64,000 nt of DNA from an uncultured virus (IMG/VR IMGVR_UViG_3300017739_000002) (taxonomy: Duplodnaviria; Heunggongvirae; Uroviricota; Caudoviricetes): the IMG/VR virus record IMGVR_UViG_3300017739_000002, one strand, 5' to 3'. The notes beneath the pieces are model-generated. The model was not told the origin of the DNA and made no database searches. It was given only the letters and a program-made list of their open reading frames with translations. Positions 1 through 8,486 of this stretch are shown here, in pieces. Every line of letters begins with the position of its first letter. Within the stretch, counting starts at the first letter, position 1. The translations under genes and the position numbers were made by a program.

Positions 1-672
1 CCTGGTCAAATCAGGTATGCAATAGACTTCTGGCTAACAACTTATTGTCAAGCCAGATGTAGGTCATGTGCAAGGACAAATCCGGAAGATGGAACAGAAG
101 CACAGTGGCTTGTCAAGGAACATATGAGTTTAGATACATTTGTTAACAGATTGTCAGGCTTTGATGAATATTTAGAATATATACAATTCTGTGGAGAAAT
201 GGGCGATCCTTGTATGCACCCAAAAGTAAATGACTTTATAACAAGAAGTTTTGACTACACAGATGAAGTTCATGTACTAACCAATGGTGGTCTAAGACAG
301 CCTGATTGGTATGCTGAACTTGCAGAAAAATATACAGATTTCAGAGGCAAACATACTGGTGTATATTTTAAATTTGGCATTGATGGTACGGATCAGGAAA
401 CAAATGAAATGTATAGAGAAGGCGTAAATTTTCAACGGGCATATGATAATATGAAAGCATATTTCAATGCTGGTGGTAATGGTACATGGCATTATTTAAT
501 ATTTGAGTGGAACTGGCATGACATTCCAAATGCAATAGAAATGGCAAAAGATTTAGGTACTGATATCAACTTTAAATTTAATGGTAGAGGACACGGGTTA
601 ATAACTCCTGAAAATAAAAAGATGGCAGTAAAGTTATTGAAAGATTATAATTATCAGGGTGGAGCGGTATGA
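1..672 (+). CDS. Radical SAM protein (5'-truncated by window edge)
   Basis: Frame 1 is open from base 1 (PGQIRYAIDFWLTTYCQARCRSCARTNP...). CxxxCxxC at 46-69; FCGEMGDP and TNGG motifs; FGIDG...YR. Confidence 0.9.
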   Translation, partial: PGQIRYAIDFWLTTYCQARCRSCARTNPEDGTEAQWLVKEHMSLDTFVNRLSGFDEYLEYIQFCGEMGDPCMHPKVNDFITRSFDYTDEVHVLTNGGLRQPDWYAELAEKYTDFRGKHTGVYFKFGIDGTDQETNEMYREGVNFQRAYDNMKAYFNAGGNGTWHYLIFEWNWHDIPNAIEMAKDLGTDINFKFNGRGHGLITPENKKMAVKLLKDYNYQGGAV

Positions 673-1061
673 AGTGTAAAATTAGTTGTCCTGTTCATAA
701 AGAAGATTTTAGAGAATTTGAAATTACTCCAGAGGGAAGAGTATGGCCCTGTTGCTATTATGCGAATGCATGGGAAAAGAGATTAGATCCATTTAATGAA
801 GAAGCAGAAACTATGCTTAAAGATGGTATTTGGGAAGTTATAAAAGCAAATCCAAATTTTAATCATTTGGATCACTATAGTTTAAAAGAAATTATTCAAA
901 CTCCTTACTATCAAACAGGATGTTATATTCCGGGTTGGGAGAGTGATAATCCGCCATATATATGTGAAAAGAATTGTGGCGAAAAATATGATGAGGCTTT
1001 GGGCAAGCACATAGCTAGTAGTATACTTGAAGCCAACGAACAAATAAATCAGGGGGAATGA
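669..1061 (+). CDS. Stand-alone SPASM/twitch-like Fe-S domain protein
   Basis: C...ITPEGRVWPCC...ICEKNC; GGAG SD; ATGA overlap with the radical SAM stop. Confidence 0.75.
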   Translation: MKCKISCPVHKEDFREFEITPEGRVWPCCYYANAWEKRLDPFNEEAETMLKDGIWEVIKANPNFNHLDHYSLKEIIQTPYYQTGCYIPGWESDNPPYICEKNCGEKYDEALGKHIASSILEANEQINQGE

Positions 1062-1813
1062 TGATTAATTGGAAACATGCAGTAATGTGTGCAAATACAT
1101 CAAACGCTGTGTATGCAGACGAACCATTATGTAAAGAAATGGTTGAGGAATACTGTAAAACTAAAAAAAGTTTTATGTTTTTTAAATATAACAATGCTGA
1201 AGCATGTGCATATGTACACGATACAAAACATGTTGTCATTTGCTTTAGAGGGACACAACCAGAACAATTAAGTGATATTGTTGCTGACTTAAAATCCTGG
1301 CAAGTAGATTCAGAAACAGAAGGTGAAGTACATGCAGGCTTTAAGGGTGAACTGGATAAACTATGGGATCATATATTTGGTTACGCACAAATGAAACAGT
1401 GTGCTGGCAAACATATACTAGTTTGCGGACATTCACTTGGTGCGGCTATGGCAACTATTGCGGCCAGTAGATTAAAAGCAAGTGGTTTTGAAGTTACACT
1501 CTATACATATGGTTCACCACGTGTTGGTGATCACACATGGGCAGAACAGTTTGATAATATAAATGCTTATAGATTTGTAAACAACAATGATATAGTTTGT
1601 AAGGTTCCGCCTTACGGATTCTTTACACACATTGGTGAATTACAATATATAAATTATTATGGGAATATTAGGAAAGTAACTTGGTGGCAAAGATTTAAAG
1701 ACCAGTTACGTGGACGTTGGAGAGCAATGATGAAGTTCCAACTATTTGACGGTGCTTTTGACCATAGTATGAGTTTATATTCTGAAAAGGTTAAGCGACA
1801 TCTTCCGGAGTAA
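1058..1813 (+). CDS. Class 3 lipase (alpha/beta hydrolase)
   Basis: FRGT, VHAGF, GHSLG nucleophile elbow, TYGSPRVG, DIV..VPP, C-terminal DH. Confidence 0.92.
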   Translation: MMINWKHAVMCANTSNAVYADEPLCKEMVEEYCKTKKSFMFFKYNNAEACAYVHDTKHVVICFRGTQPEQLSDIVADLKSWQVDSETEGEVHAGFKGELDKLWDHIFGYAQMKQCAGKHILVCGHSLGAAMATIAASRLKASGFEVTLYTYGSPRVGDHTWAEQFDNINAYRFVNNNDIVCKVPPYGFFTHIGELQYINYYGNIRKVTWWQRFKDQLRGRWRAMMKFQLFDGAFDHSMSLYSEKVKRHLPE

Positions 1814-2723
1814 CAATCTGCCACTCTTTTGTTTCACCGTTTTGCCATATACCAGATGGACTACGTAGGTAGCAAGGCTTTCCAAGTTTTGTTACCTCTT
1901 TTTTCATCTGTTCTAAATCAGGTACTGCTGTAAACATAGGCATTTTAAATATACAATTTTCACGATCCATTTTACTCATAAACCATAACTGTTGTATACC
2001 ATTAAATCTCCAGTTAAATCCAAGTCTATTATCATGTCCTTCAATAAATCCATCATAACGAATACTATCATACAATATAAAATTTGTACCATTCCAAACA
2101 GCATCAAAAACTAGTCTGCCATCTTTACCCAATTTTGCAAACGTTTCAACATGTTCATCAAACTTTGTAATAATAGTTCCTTCTTCATCTCTGAACTGTA
2201 CATCACCATTTCTAACTATAATACTAATACGTTCACCTTCATGTATCTCCATAATAGTAAAGTGATACCAACTATCAAAAACACTTGGGTCATATTTACT
2301 AGGACGCATTACAGGATAAGGTGGTATAAAATCAGGCCATGCTTCATTAATAATGTCTATTGTAAGTCCTAGTCCTAAGTCCTTTTTAAACATGCCAAGA
2401 AACAGATGAACTTCTTCTATGTTTATGTGACTAAGCACCATATTAATTGCGAATACACCTTCGTCTACTGTGAGACTGTTATTTGCAATATCATCTGGTA
2501 GGTGCATAAACTTACTAATGCCCATGCCATGTTCCCGTCCAGGAATCACCTTTGGATCAAAATCTTCTAAACCAAATTGTATAAGGGGGTTATGTGCATA
2601 TTGAACAATACGCTTGAAAAGAGAATCTGATTCATATTTTTTGAGAACTTCTACCTTTTCAGCATTAGTAGTTGCCTCTTTTAAGGAATCAGATATTATT
2701 GTAACCATTGGTTTTCTAGACAT
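1791..2723 (-). CDS. T4 gp30-like DNA ligase homologue, apparently catalytically degenerate
   Basis: Colinear with the T4 ligase N-terminal and adenylation domains (KKDLGLG..I.IINEAWPDFIP.YPVM), but motif I reads EIHEGER; no OB domain. Confidence 0.7.
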   Translation of the reverse strand: MSRKPMVTIISDSLKEATTNAEKVEVLKKYESDSLFKRIVQYAHNPLIQFGLEDFDPKVIPGREHGMGISKFMHLPDDIANNSLTVDEGVFAINMVLSHINIEEVHLFLGMFKKDLGLGLTIDIINEAWPDFIPPYPVMRPSKYDPSVFDSWYHFTIMEIHEGERISIIVRNGDVQFRDEEGTIITKFDEHVETFAKLGKDGRLVFDAVWNGTNFILYDSIRYDGFIEGHDNRLGFNWRFNGIQQLWFMSKMDRENCIFKMPMFTAVPDLEQMKKEVTKLGKPCYLRSPSGIWQNGETKEWQIVTPEDVA

Positions 2724-2783
2724 AGTATACCTCGTTAAAAGTATTTATCTATGTAGTTAATAAACCAACACGCCTTGCTCATT

Positions 2784-2812
2784 AAAAAAGGGCGTTTCCG
2801 CCCTCTTTTTTT
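2784..2812. terminator. Bidirectional intrinsic terminator
   Basis: AAAAAAGGGCG-TTTC-CGCCCTCTTTTTTT downstream of pseudoazurin. Confidence 0.85.
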
Positions 2813-2857
2813 ATTTTCCGTTGATGATGTCTAGTTCATCGTCATTATAAGGCCACA

Positions 2858-3295
2858 TTAAAGTTCTCCTAATAATTTTTTAAGTTTCTTCTTTGACTTA
2901 CCTTTAACTTTGGCTTTGCTTACATCATTTAGCGGTACTTCGCCACCTTCTGCTACTACAACCAAACCTATCATACCCATTGCTTTATGTGGTGTACATT
3001 GGTATACGTACACACCTGGTACATCAAATGTAATTGCAACTTCTTTGTTGTTTTTAGATTTTTTAGGAATATCCCAGCCTTCTGGAGCCGCGATGAATTC
3101 CACATTATGACCTTTTGATGTTGGTACCCATGTGATTGTGTCGCCTACATCAATACGAGCAATATCTTCTGAATAGACCATTTTTGCTCCGTCATCTCTT
3201 TTGTTCAACATTTCAATAGTCATATCGTCTGCATATGCTAGATTTGCAAAAAATACAAATCCTAGTACTGCGGTGATTAATCCTAATGCTTTCAT
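2858..3295 (-). CDS. Pseudoazurin (type 1 blue copper protein) with signal peptide
   Basis: Signal peptide ending AYA; EMLNK, GDTITW, GHNVE, YQCTPHKAMGM copper ligands (H, C, H, M). Confidence 0.92.
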   Translation of the reverse strand: MKALGLITAVLGFVFFANLAYADDMTIEMLNKRDDGAKMVYSEDIARIDVGDTITWVPTSKGHNVEFIAAPEGWDIPKKSKNNKEVAITFDVPGVYVYQCTPHKAMGMIGLVVVAEGGEVPLNDVSKAKVKGKSKKKLKKLLGEL

Positions 3296-3393
3296 TTTTG
3301 TTTACCTCTCATGTAATTTTTTTCTGGATAGTACGGCTTTTCAAACAAGGTTTCAAGAAACTTGACCAATTGCTTTGCTATACTAATTGTCAT
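3292..3393 (-). CDS. 33-aa small protein (YxPExxYMRG type), not in the ORF track
   Basis: MTISIAKQLVKFLETLFEKPYYPEKNYMRGKQK; TAATG overlap upstream and ATGA overlap downstream. Confidence 0.7.
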   Translation of the reverse strand: MTISIAKQLVKFLETLFEKPYYPEKNYMRGKQK

Positions 3394-3593
3394 TAGACTT
3401 CGCCTCTTAGCTTTTTAAGTTCCATCATTAGAGCTTTTGCTTCTGTATGATATCCTTGTCTTGCTAATTCGCTTGCGGCACGTGATGTTCCTGCAATGGT
3501 TCCTGTCTTTACGATCCAGTCACCTAAATTATAAAAGAATCCTTCTACTGGATTCACTACGTATTTCATTGCTATTGCAGTCATTACACCCAC
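3393..3593 (-). CDS. Small protein resembling Rhodobacterales hypotheticals (RAAxELxRxGYxxEAK)
   Basis: 66-aa ORF coupled to its neighbours; the start may be 3584 (TAATG overlap). Confidence 0.7.
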   Translation of the reverse strand: MGVMTAIAMKYVVNPVEGFFYNLGDWIVKTGTIAGTSRAASELARQGYHTEAKALMMELKKLRGEV

Positions 3594-3856
3594 CCCTTTA
3601 AATTGTTATTTGTTTTTACATCATTTAAAACTTTCTCTTCGTAGAAAGTTCCGTTTGCTATGGACATAATATCACTACGTCCAATTCCTAAATCACGTAG
3701 TTCGTGATCAGTTAAACTTCTTAGTTCACGTAAAGTTTCTCTACGTAAAGCTCTACGTTCTGCACCTTTTCTATAAGCACGGTACATGTCACTAAACCAT
3801 TCCATAATACCTGAAATGTTTAGAAAATTGCTTGCTGTTAAAACTAGTTGAGTCAT
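3584..3856 (-). CDS. DUF1127 (YjiS-like) small protein
   Basis: RRETLRELRSLTDHELRDLGIGRSDI signature. Confidence 0.92.
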   Translation of the reverse strand: MTQLVLTASNFLNISGIMEWFSDMYRAYRKGAERRALRRETLRELRSLTDHELRDLGIGRSDIMSIANGTFYEEKVLNDVKTNNNLKGWV

Positions 3857-4023
3857 ATTGTTACTCCTCCAGTCTTTGGGCCTCTGCCCTTATGATTTAG
3901 CATATAGTTATAAGCATAATACCAATCATCTTTATATTCTGTTTTTGCGTATGTGAGCATGTCTCGTTCGAACGAACTATCGCGTCCAAACTGGCTCACA
4001 ATCATTCGTAGGATCTTTCCCAT
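3853..4023 (-). CDS. Small protein (TYAKTEY..DW.YAY.YM type)
   Basis: AAGGAG SD before the ATG at 4023; ATGA overlap with DUF1127; resembles Rhodobacterales small hypotheticals as I recall them. Confidence 0.75.
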   Translation of the reverse strand: MGKILRMIVSQFGRDSSFERDMLTYAKTEYKDDWYYAYNYMLNHKGRGPKTGGVTI

Positions 4024-4049
4024 GATTGTCTCCTTATTAAGTTTTGTTT

Positions 4050-4187
4050 GGATGCTTGAGGAAAGCAATACCCCGGTCTTTTCCGGCGTCACCGTCTTTG
4101 CGGCGTCAGTCTGTTGTAAAGCGTAGGCACGCTCTAGTCTTTCCTAGTGTCACTCATTTTTTCTAAGCTGAGGTCGCTTTGTCTTAC
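4050..4187 (-). ncRNA. Putative structured 5' leader / sRNA with repeated hairpins
   Basis: Three UGACR-stem-NAAAGA-stem units, two CCUC-loop hairpins and one GCGU-GCCU-ACGC hairpin; GC-rich relative to the genome; starts just after TAAATA (4193-4198). Confidence 0.6.
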
Positions 4188-4283
4188 ACTTTTATTTATC
4201 ACCGATAGGACAGTATTGCTGTACTACTTTTGTAAACTCTGCCATGCGATTTTAGCAACAGTGTAATTTTATTACAAATGCAA

Positions 4284-4318
4284 AGAGTGATATAACAGAA
4301 CTGCTTATATATCACTCT
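4284..4318. terminator. 11-bp inverted repeat downstream of guaC (probable terminator)
   Basis: AGAGTGATATA...TATATCACTCT. Confidence 0.5.
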
Positions 4319-4355
4319 AAGTTTATAATTTTTTAGGATGCGTTAATTTAACGCA

Positions 4356-5531
4356 CTAAGCCTTTGTTGTGCTAGACTCATATGTTTTGTTGAATTGGTT
4401 ATTGACCCTAATAAATGTAGCACATTTACTAAGTTGTTTTAGTTTAAGGGCGCCTGCATATGTACATGTTGAGCGTACTCCACCCAAAATTGTTTGTACT
4501 GTATTAGCAACATCACCTCTGTAGGGGACAAGAACTTCACGTCCTTCGCTCGCCCTATAATCTTTGAGCCCACCAAAGTGTTTTGTATTGGCGGCATCAC
4601 TACTCATACCATAAAACTGTATAAAATGTTTTTGTTCGTAGTGTGGCAAAAAGTTACCATTATCTAAAAGTGTTGCTTCGCCTGTAGCATAATGCTTTGT
4701 AATTACTTCACCACCGCCTTGATCATGTCCTGCTAACATACCACCTAGCATTACAAAGTCAGCACCACCAGCGAATGCTTTAGCCACATCCCCAGGACAA
4801 GTACATCCGCCATCAGCGATGATATGGCCGCCAAGGCCGTGTGCGGCATCAGCACACTCAATAACAGCACTAAGCTGAGGATAACCAACACCCGTTTGAA
4901 TCCTAGTAGTACAAACAGACCCAGGACCAATGCCCACTTTAACAATATCGGCTCCATTTAAAATTAACTCCTGTGTTTGATCTGCGGTAACAACATTACC
5001 TGCAATAATAACAATATGTGGATACAGTTCTCTAAATTGTTTCACATAGTCTAAAAATCTTTCACTATAACCATTAGCAACATCAATACAAACATATTTT
5101 AGTTTGCTATCTACTTGCTCATATACCATACGAAACTTTTCATGATCAGCATCTGTAATGCCCATACTATATGCAACATTCTGTGTTCTAGAACTTTTAT
5201 CAGAATCAAAGAATGACACAAGTTCATTTACACTATATGTCTTTACAAGGCATGTAAAAATACCAAGTTCACTTAGTGTATCAGCCATTTCAAACGTACC
5301 GACACCATCCATATTACTTGCCATAATAGGAATACCTTCGTAATGCTTGTCAGGAAATGGTCCTGCTGGATAGCCATACTCTAATGATCCTGTATCAACC
5401 CGTACAGGTTGATAGTGCCTAAACTCGAACTTACGTTCAACTTTTACCATTTTCCTTGATCCTAGTGTACTACGCTTAGGCCTAATTAGTACATCACTGT
5501 AATCAAGTTTTACATCATCTTCTAATCTCAT
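4356..5531 (-). CDS. guaC: GMP reductase
   Basis: [58 protein letters not shown]; start set at 5531 (ATGA overlap). Confidence 0.95.
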   Translation of the reverse strand: MRLEDDVKLDYSDVLIRPKRSTLGSRKMVKVERKFEFRHYQPVRVDTGSLEYGYPAGPFPDKHYEGIPIMASNMDGVGTFEMADTLSELGIFTCLVKTYSVNELVSFFDSDKSSRTQNVAYSMGITDADHEKFRMVYEQVDSKLKYVCIDVANGYSERFLDYVKQFRELYPHIVIIAGNVVTADQTQELILNGADIVKVGIGPGSVCTTRIQTGVGYPQLSAVIECADAAHGLGGHIIADGGCTCPGDVAKAFAGGADFVMLGGMLAGHDQGGGEVITKHYATGEATLLDNGNFLPHYEQKHFIQFYGMSSDAANTKHFGGLKDYRASEGREVLVPYRGDVANTVQTILGGVRSTCTYAGALKLKQLSKCATFIRVNNQFNKTYESSTTKA

Positions 5532-6067
5532 CTTATTTCCAATCCTAATTGCTGGATAGACTGTTGTACGCAAAGTGCTTGGACTTTGCAATCTTCTAAT
5601 GCGTTATGTGCCGCAAATTTAATTGCTTTACGTGGGTCTTTAGGCATAATACCAAACAATGTTCTACTGTCCTTAATTTTCCAAAAGGGCCAGGGTATAT
5701 GCATGTCGTATTGCCTATAGATATTTTCTAGTATTCCTATATCAAATACAGGACCTTGACACCATATAGTATCAACACCCACACACCACTTGTTAAGTTC
5801 TGACAAAATATCCTGCACAGGTTTACGATCATGATCACCTAGTGCTTCTTCCATAACTGCTGGATCTTGCTTTTGCCACCATTCAAGTGTGCTTTTATCT
5901 GTAGTTCTGCCTTTACTAAGTTGTTCATCTACTTCATATCTATAGTAAAGTTCACTGTGATGTTCACTTATTTCATTAGGGTTAAATTTAACACCACCAA
6001 TAGTAAGTAAAACTGTATCCGGTTTTGTGCCTAGTGTCTCTAGGTCAATCATAGCATGTGTAGTCAT
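5528..6067 (-). CDS. DEDDh 3'-5' exonuclease (DexA-like)
   Basis: [15 protein letters not shown].., HNALED. Confidence 0.88.
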   Translation of the reverse strand: MTTHAMIDLETLGTKPDTVLLTIGGVKFNPNEISEHHSELYYRYEVDEQLSKGRTTDKSTLEWWQKQDPAVMEEALGDHDRKPVQDILSELNKWCVGVDTIWCQGPVFDIGILENIYRQYDMHIPWPFWKIKDSRTLFGIMPKDPRKAIKFAAHNALEDCKVQALCVQQSIQQLGLEIR

Positions 6068-6073
6068 AGTATT

Positions 6074-6101
6074 ATTATACACATGCTATGAAGTTTGTCA
6101 A
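6074..6101 (-). promoter_or_regulatory. Sigma70-type promoter, probably giving a leaderless mRNA
   Basis: TTGACA-N16-TATAAT-N6-ATG. Confidence 0.75.
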
Positions 6102-6102
6102 C

Positions 6103-7062
6103 CTAAAATCCATTAGGAACAATAACATAGTGAATGGATAAAACTACACCAACACTTGCACCAAGACCAATCATCATTTTAATAAAGTCTTTGGTAATTA
6201 AGGGAAATACAGTTCTAAACTTTTCCTTGCCTGTCATAGTAGCCATTGCTAGTTCTCTACCACATAGCAAGCCTACGAATACCCAAGTTGTTGACATTGG
6301 AATATCGTTTATTTCTTTGAAGAACAACAGTATTAGAAAGTATACACAATCAATAATAGTAGCACTTCTAACATATCTTGTATTGTGTTTTTCTAACACA
6401 ATTTTTTGTATCTTACCGCCACCTTCACGGAACATATATCCTAATCCTATAACAAATACAAGACTAATTAGAATCATAAGATCCCATGGTATCTCTCTAG
6501 GTAAGAACACAGCAATATTTGCCATATCATGACTTAACCAAGTAAACCATAAGAATGCTGTCGTAAACCATTGTGCTACTCGCCAATATGTTTTATGTTC
6601 TTCTTTAACAGGTTTTGCTTCGTCAAGTAATTTAGTAACCACAATCCAAATACAATATGCCGCCACGGCCGCTACTGCATATCCCATCATAGATTTTACA
6701 AGCATCTTCTCTAATACAAATGTACTAGCGAATGCACTTAGAACTAAAAATGACGTACTAACAGGTACGCCAATTCTCGTGAGTATTAATAGTAGTCCTG
6801 GTGCCATAGCATGGTACCATTGTATTTCTTGAAACGGAATTTTATTAAGTCTTCCATAACTGATATCACCTCCGTTAGTATACCAGCCATACCAGAGAGT
6901 ATAAAGGAGAACTGCACTTGCCGCTCCCCACATAACTTTCCAATTAAATCTCTCATTATTTGATGCGATCCATGTACCGAGAGTCTGTACACTATCGTTT
7001 GCTATTACTGAATAACCGGCGAATAAAAAGCCAACTGCCATCCATAGAGTGAGTGCGTCCAT
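6103..7062 (-). CDS. Multi-pass membrane protein, possibly a PiT/PHO4-like ion transporter
   Basis: About 10 TM segments; duplicated motifs ANDSVQTLG / SHDMANIA and PVSTS / PMSTT; GGAGG SD. Confidence 0.65.
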   Translation of the reverse strand: MDALTLWMAVGFLFAGYSVIANDSVQTLGTWIASNNERFNWKVMWGAASAVLLYTLWYGWYTNGGDISYGRLNKIPFQEIQWYHAMAPGLLLILTRIGVPVSTSFLVLSAFASTFVLEKMLVKSMMGYAVAAVAAYCIWIVVTKLLDEAKPVKEEHKTYWRVAQWFTTAFLWFTWLSHDMANIAVFLPREIPWDLMILISLVFVIGLGYMFREGGGKIQKIVLEKHNTRYVRSATIIDCVYFLILLFFKEINDIPMSTTWVFVGLLCGRELAMATMTGKEKFRTVFPLITKDFIKMMIGLGASVGVVLSIHYVIVPNGF

Positions 7063-7080
7063 AATTTCCTCCATTTGCTT

Positions 7081-7128
7081 GCCGCTTTTACCACGGCTCT
7101 CACATTGTTAGTGGGCTCGACGTTGCCC
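7081..7128 (-). promoter_or_regulatory. Candidate two-hairpin cis-regulatory RNA
   Basis: GGGC-AACGUCGA-GCCC and GCCG(U)-GGUAAAA-(G)CGGC immediately upstream of the SD. Confidence 0.45.
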
Positions 7129-7131
7129 GTG

Positions 7132-7695
7132 TTACTTATGCCAATTCAAAGGATTTGGCATCCAATGGTTATTCATTCGCTCAGGATGCCAAAGCACACA
7201 ACCAATGTCCTTTAACTTCCAGGCTTCTGTATTACCATCGTCATCTTTAGCAAGTACTTCAGCACCCGCTGGAATACTTCCTAAAACTTCTTCATGTCTA
7301 CTGCATACTTCAACTCTAGCACCAGTAGCATTTACATAATGATTCTTTTTATGATTTGGATCTGGTGTTATACTACCACCAAAACTTACAGTTAAAAATT
7401 GTGTGCCTCTACTAATACCTAGTATCTTCTTTTCATAAGCCATTGCTAGATCAAGCACATGTTTCTCTACAACTAATCTATCATAGTTATATTGCCAGTT
7501 ATCTTTGATCATACTATTACCGCCACTGAATACAACTAAGTCTGCTTCAGTAATAGTTTGTGTTCTTAAAAATTTTAGATTGTTTGGAATGGGCAATAAT
7601 TCATGTCCTTTGAACATGGAATAAAAACCATGATCTAAGGAATCGTAAGGACCATTTCTATAATCAATCACTCGTTGAGTAATTGCTATTTTCAT
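7132..7695 (-). CDS. Class I glutamine amidotransferase-like (peptidase C26 family), Ser at the nucleophile position
   Basis: FSGGN, ILGISRGTQ, WHPER. Confidence 0.8.
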   Translation of the reverse strand: MKIAITQRVIDYRNGPYDSLDHGFYSMFKGHELLPIPNNLKFLRTQTITEADLVVFSGGNSMIKDNWQYNYDRLVVEKHVLDLAMAYEKKILGISRGTQFLTVSFGGSITPDPNHKKNHYVNATGARVEVCSRHEEVLGSIPAGAEVLAKDDDGNTEAWKLKDIGCVLWHPERMNNHWMPNPLNWHK

Positions 7696-7994
7696 TAGGA
7701 CTCTTCTATTGTTACTTCTAATGGATAATTATTTCGACGTGAAATAGTTGTTGTTTCTACACACTTCTGTTCTGCCACTTCAAAACTATATGCGCCTGCA
7801 ACGCCACGTCCTTTATTATGAATCTCTATCATAATTTGTTTTGCAGTCTCGACATCTTTATTAAAGACTTGTGTCAAGACACTAATGACAAAGTCCATTG
7901 GAGTCGTATCATCATTAAGCATGATGACATGATATTTATTAGGTGCTTTGAGCTTGGTTACACCAGGCTTTTCAATTGTTTGATTCTCTGTCAT
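7695..7994 (-). CDS. clpS: ATP-dependent Clp protease adaptor ClpS
   Basis: YHVIMLNDDTTPMDFV, M.EIH.KG.GV.G.Y..EVAE.K. Confidence 0.95.
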   Translation of the reverse strand: MTENQTIEKPGVTKLKAPNKYHVIMLNDDTTPMDFVISVLTQVFNKDVETAKQIMIEIHNKGRGVAGAYSFEVAEQKCVETTTISRRNNYPLEVTIEES

Positions 7995-8045
7995 ACTAAT
8001 ATTTATCTTTTGTTGGGGGAGAGCATTGCCCTCCCCTCTGCTTGA

Positions 8046-8486
8046 TTATTTGATTTCAATTGTTTTTGGCTTCTTAGCGTCTGGAATAATACGCTCTAAA
8101 TCTACATAAAGCATACCATCTTCTAGCTTCGCGCCATTAACTACTACGTCATCACTAAGTGTAAAGACTCTACGGAATTTACGTGTAGCAATTCCCCTAT
8201 GCAACCAACTTGTTTTATCAGACTCAACTTCCATTTCATCTGGGTTGTGTTCAATAACTAAGTTGTTTTCCTCTGTAGTTACAACAAGGTCAGCCTTCTT
8301 CACACCTGCGAGTGCAATCTCGATCTGGAATTGATTTCCGTCTTTCCTAATGTTGTATGGAGGATAGCCAGTTGACTGGCCTGCGTTTTCTACGTAGCGG
8401 AACATATCATCAAAGATACGGTCGAATCCTACTGCGTATGGGGTGACTTTGTTCAAGTCGAGGGTTGTTAAATAGTTCTTGTTCAT
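8046..8486 (-). CDS. Small heat shock protein Hsp20 (IbpA-like)
   Basis: GFDR, GYPPYNI, LHRGIA.R.F.R.F.L, GMLYVDL, P.TIEI. Confidence 0.95.
   Translation of the reverse strand: MNKNYLTTLDLNKVTPYAVGFDRIFDDMFRYVENAGQSTGYPPYNIRKDGNQFQIEIALAGVKKADLVVTTEENNLVIEHNPDEMEVESDKTSWLHRGIATRKFRRVFTLSDDVVVNGAKLEDGMLYVDLERIIPDAKKPKTIEIK

Noticed and set aside
4024..4092. N-terminal extension of the 3853-4092 ORF
   Set aside because: It runs through the hairpin leader; the strong AAGGAG SD supports the ATG at 4023
4073..4152. Repeats as a mini CRISPR array
   Set aside because: Units are 17-19 nt, two are directly adjacent with no spacer, and there is no cas operon
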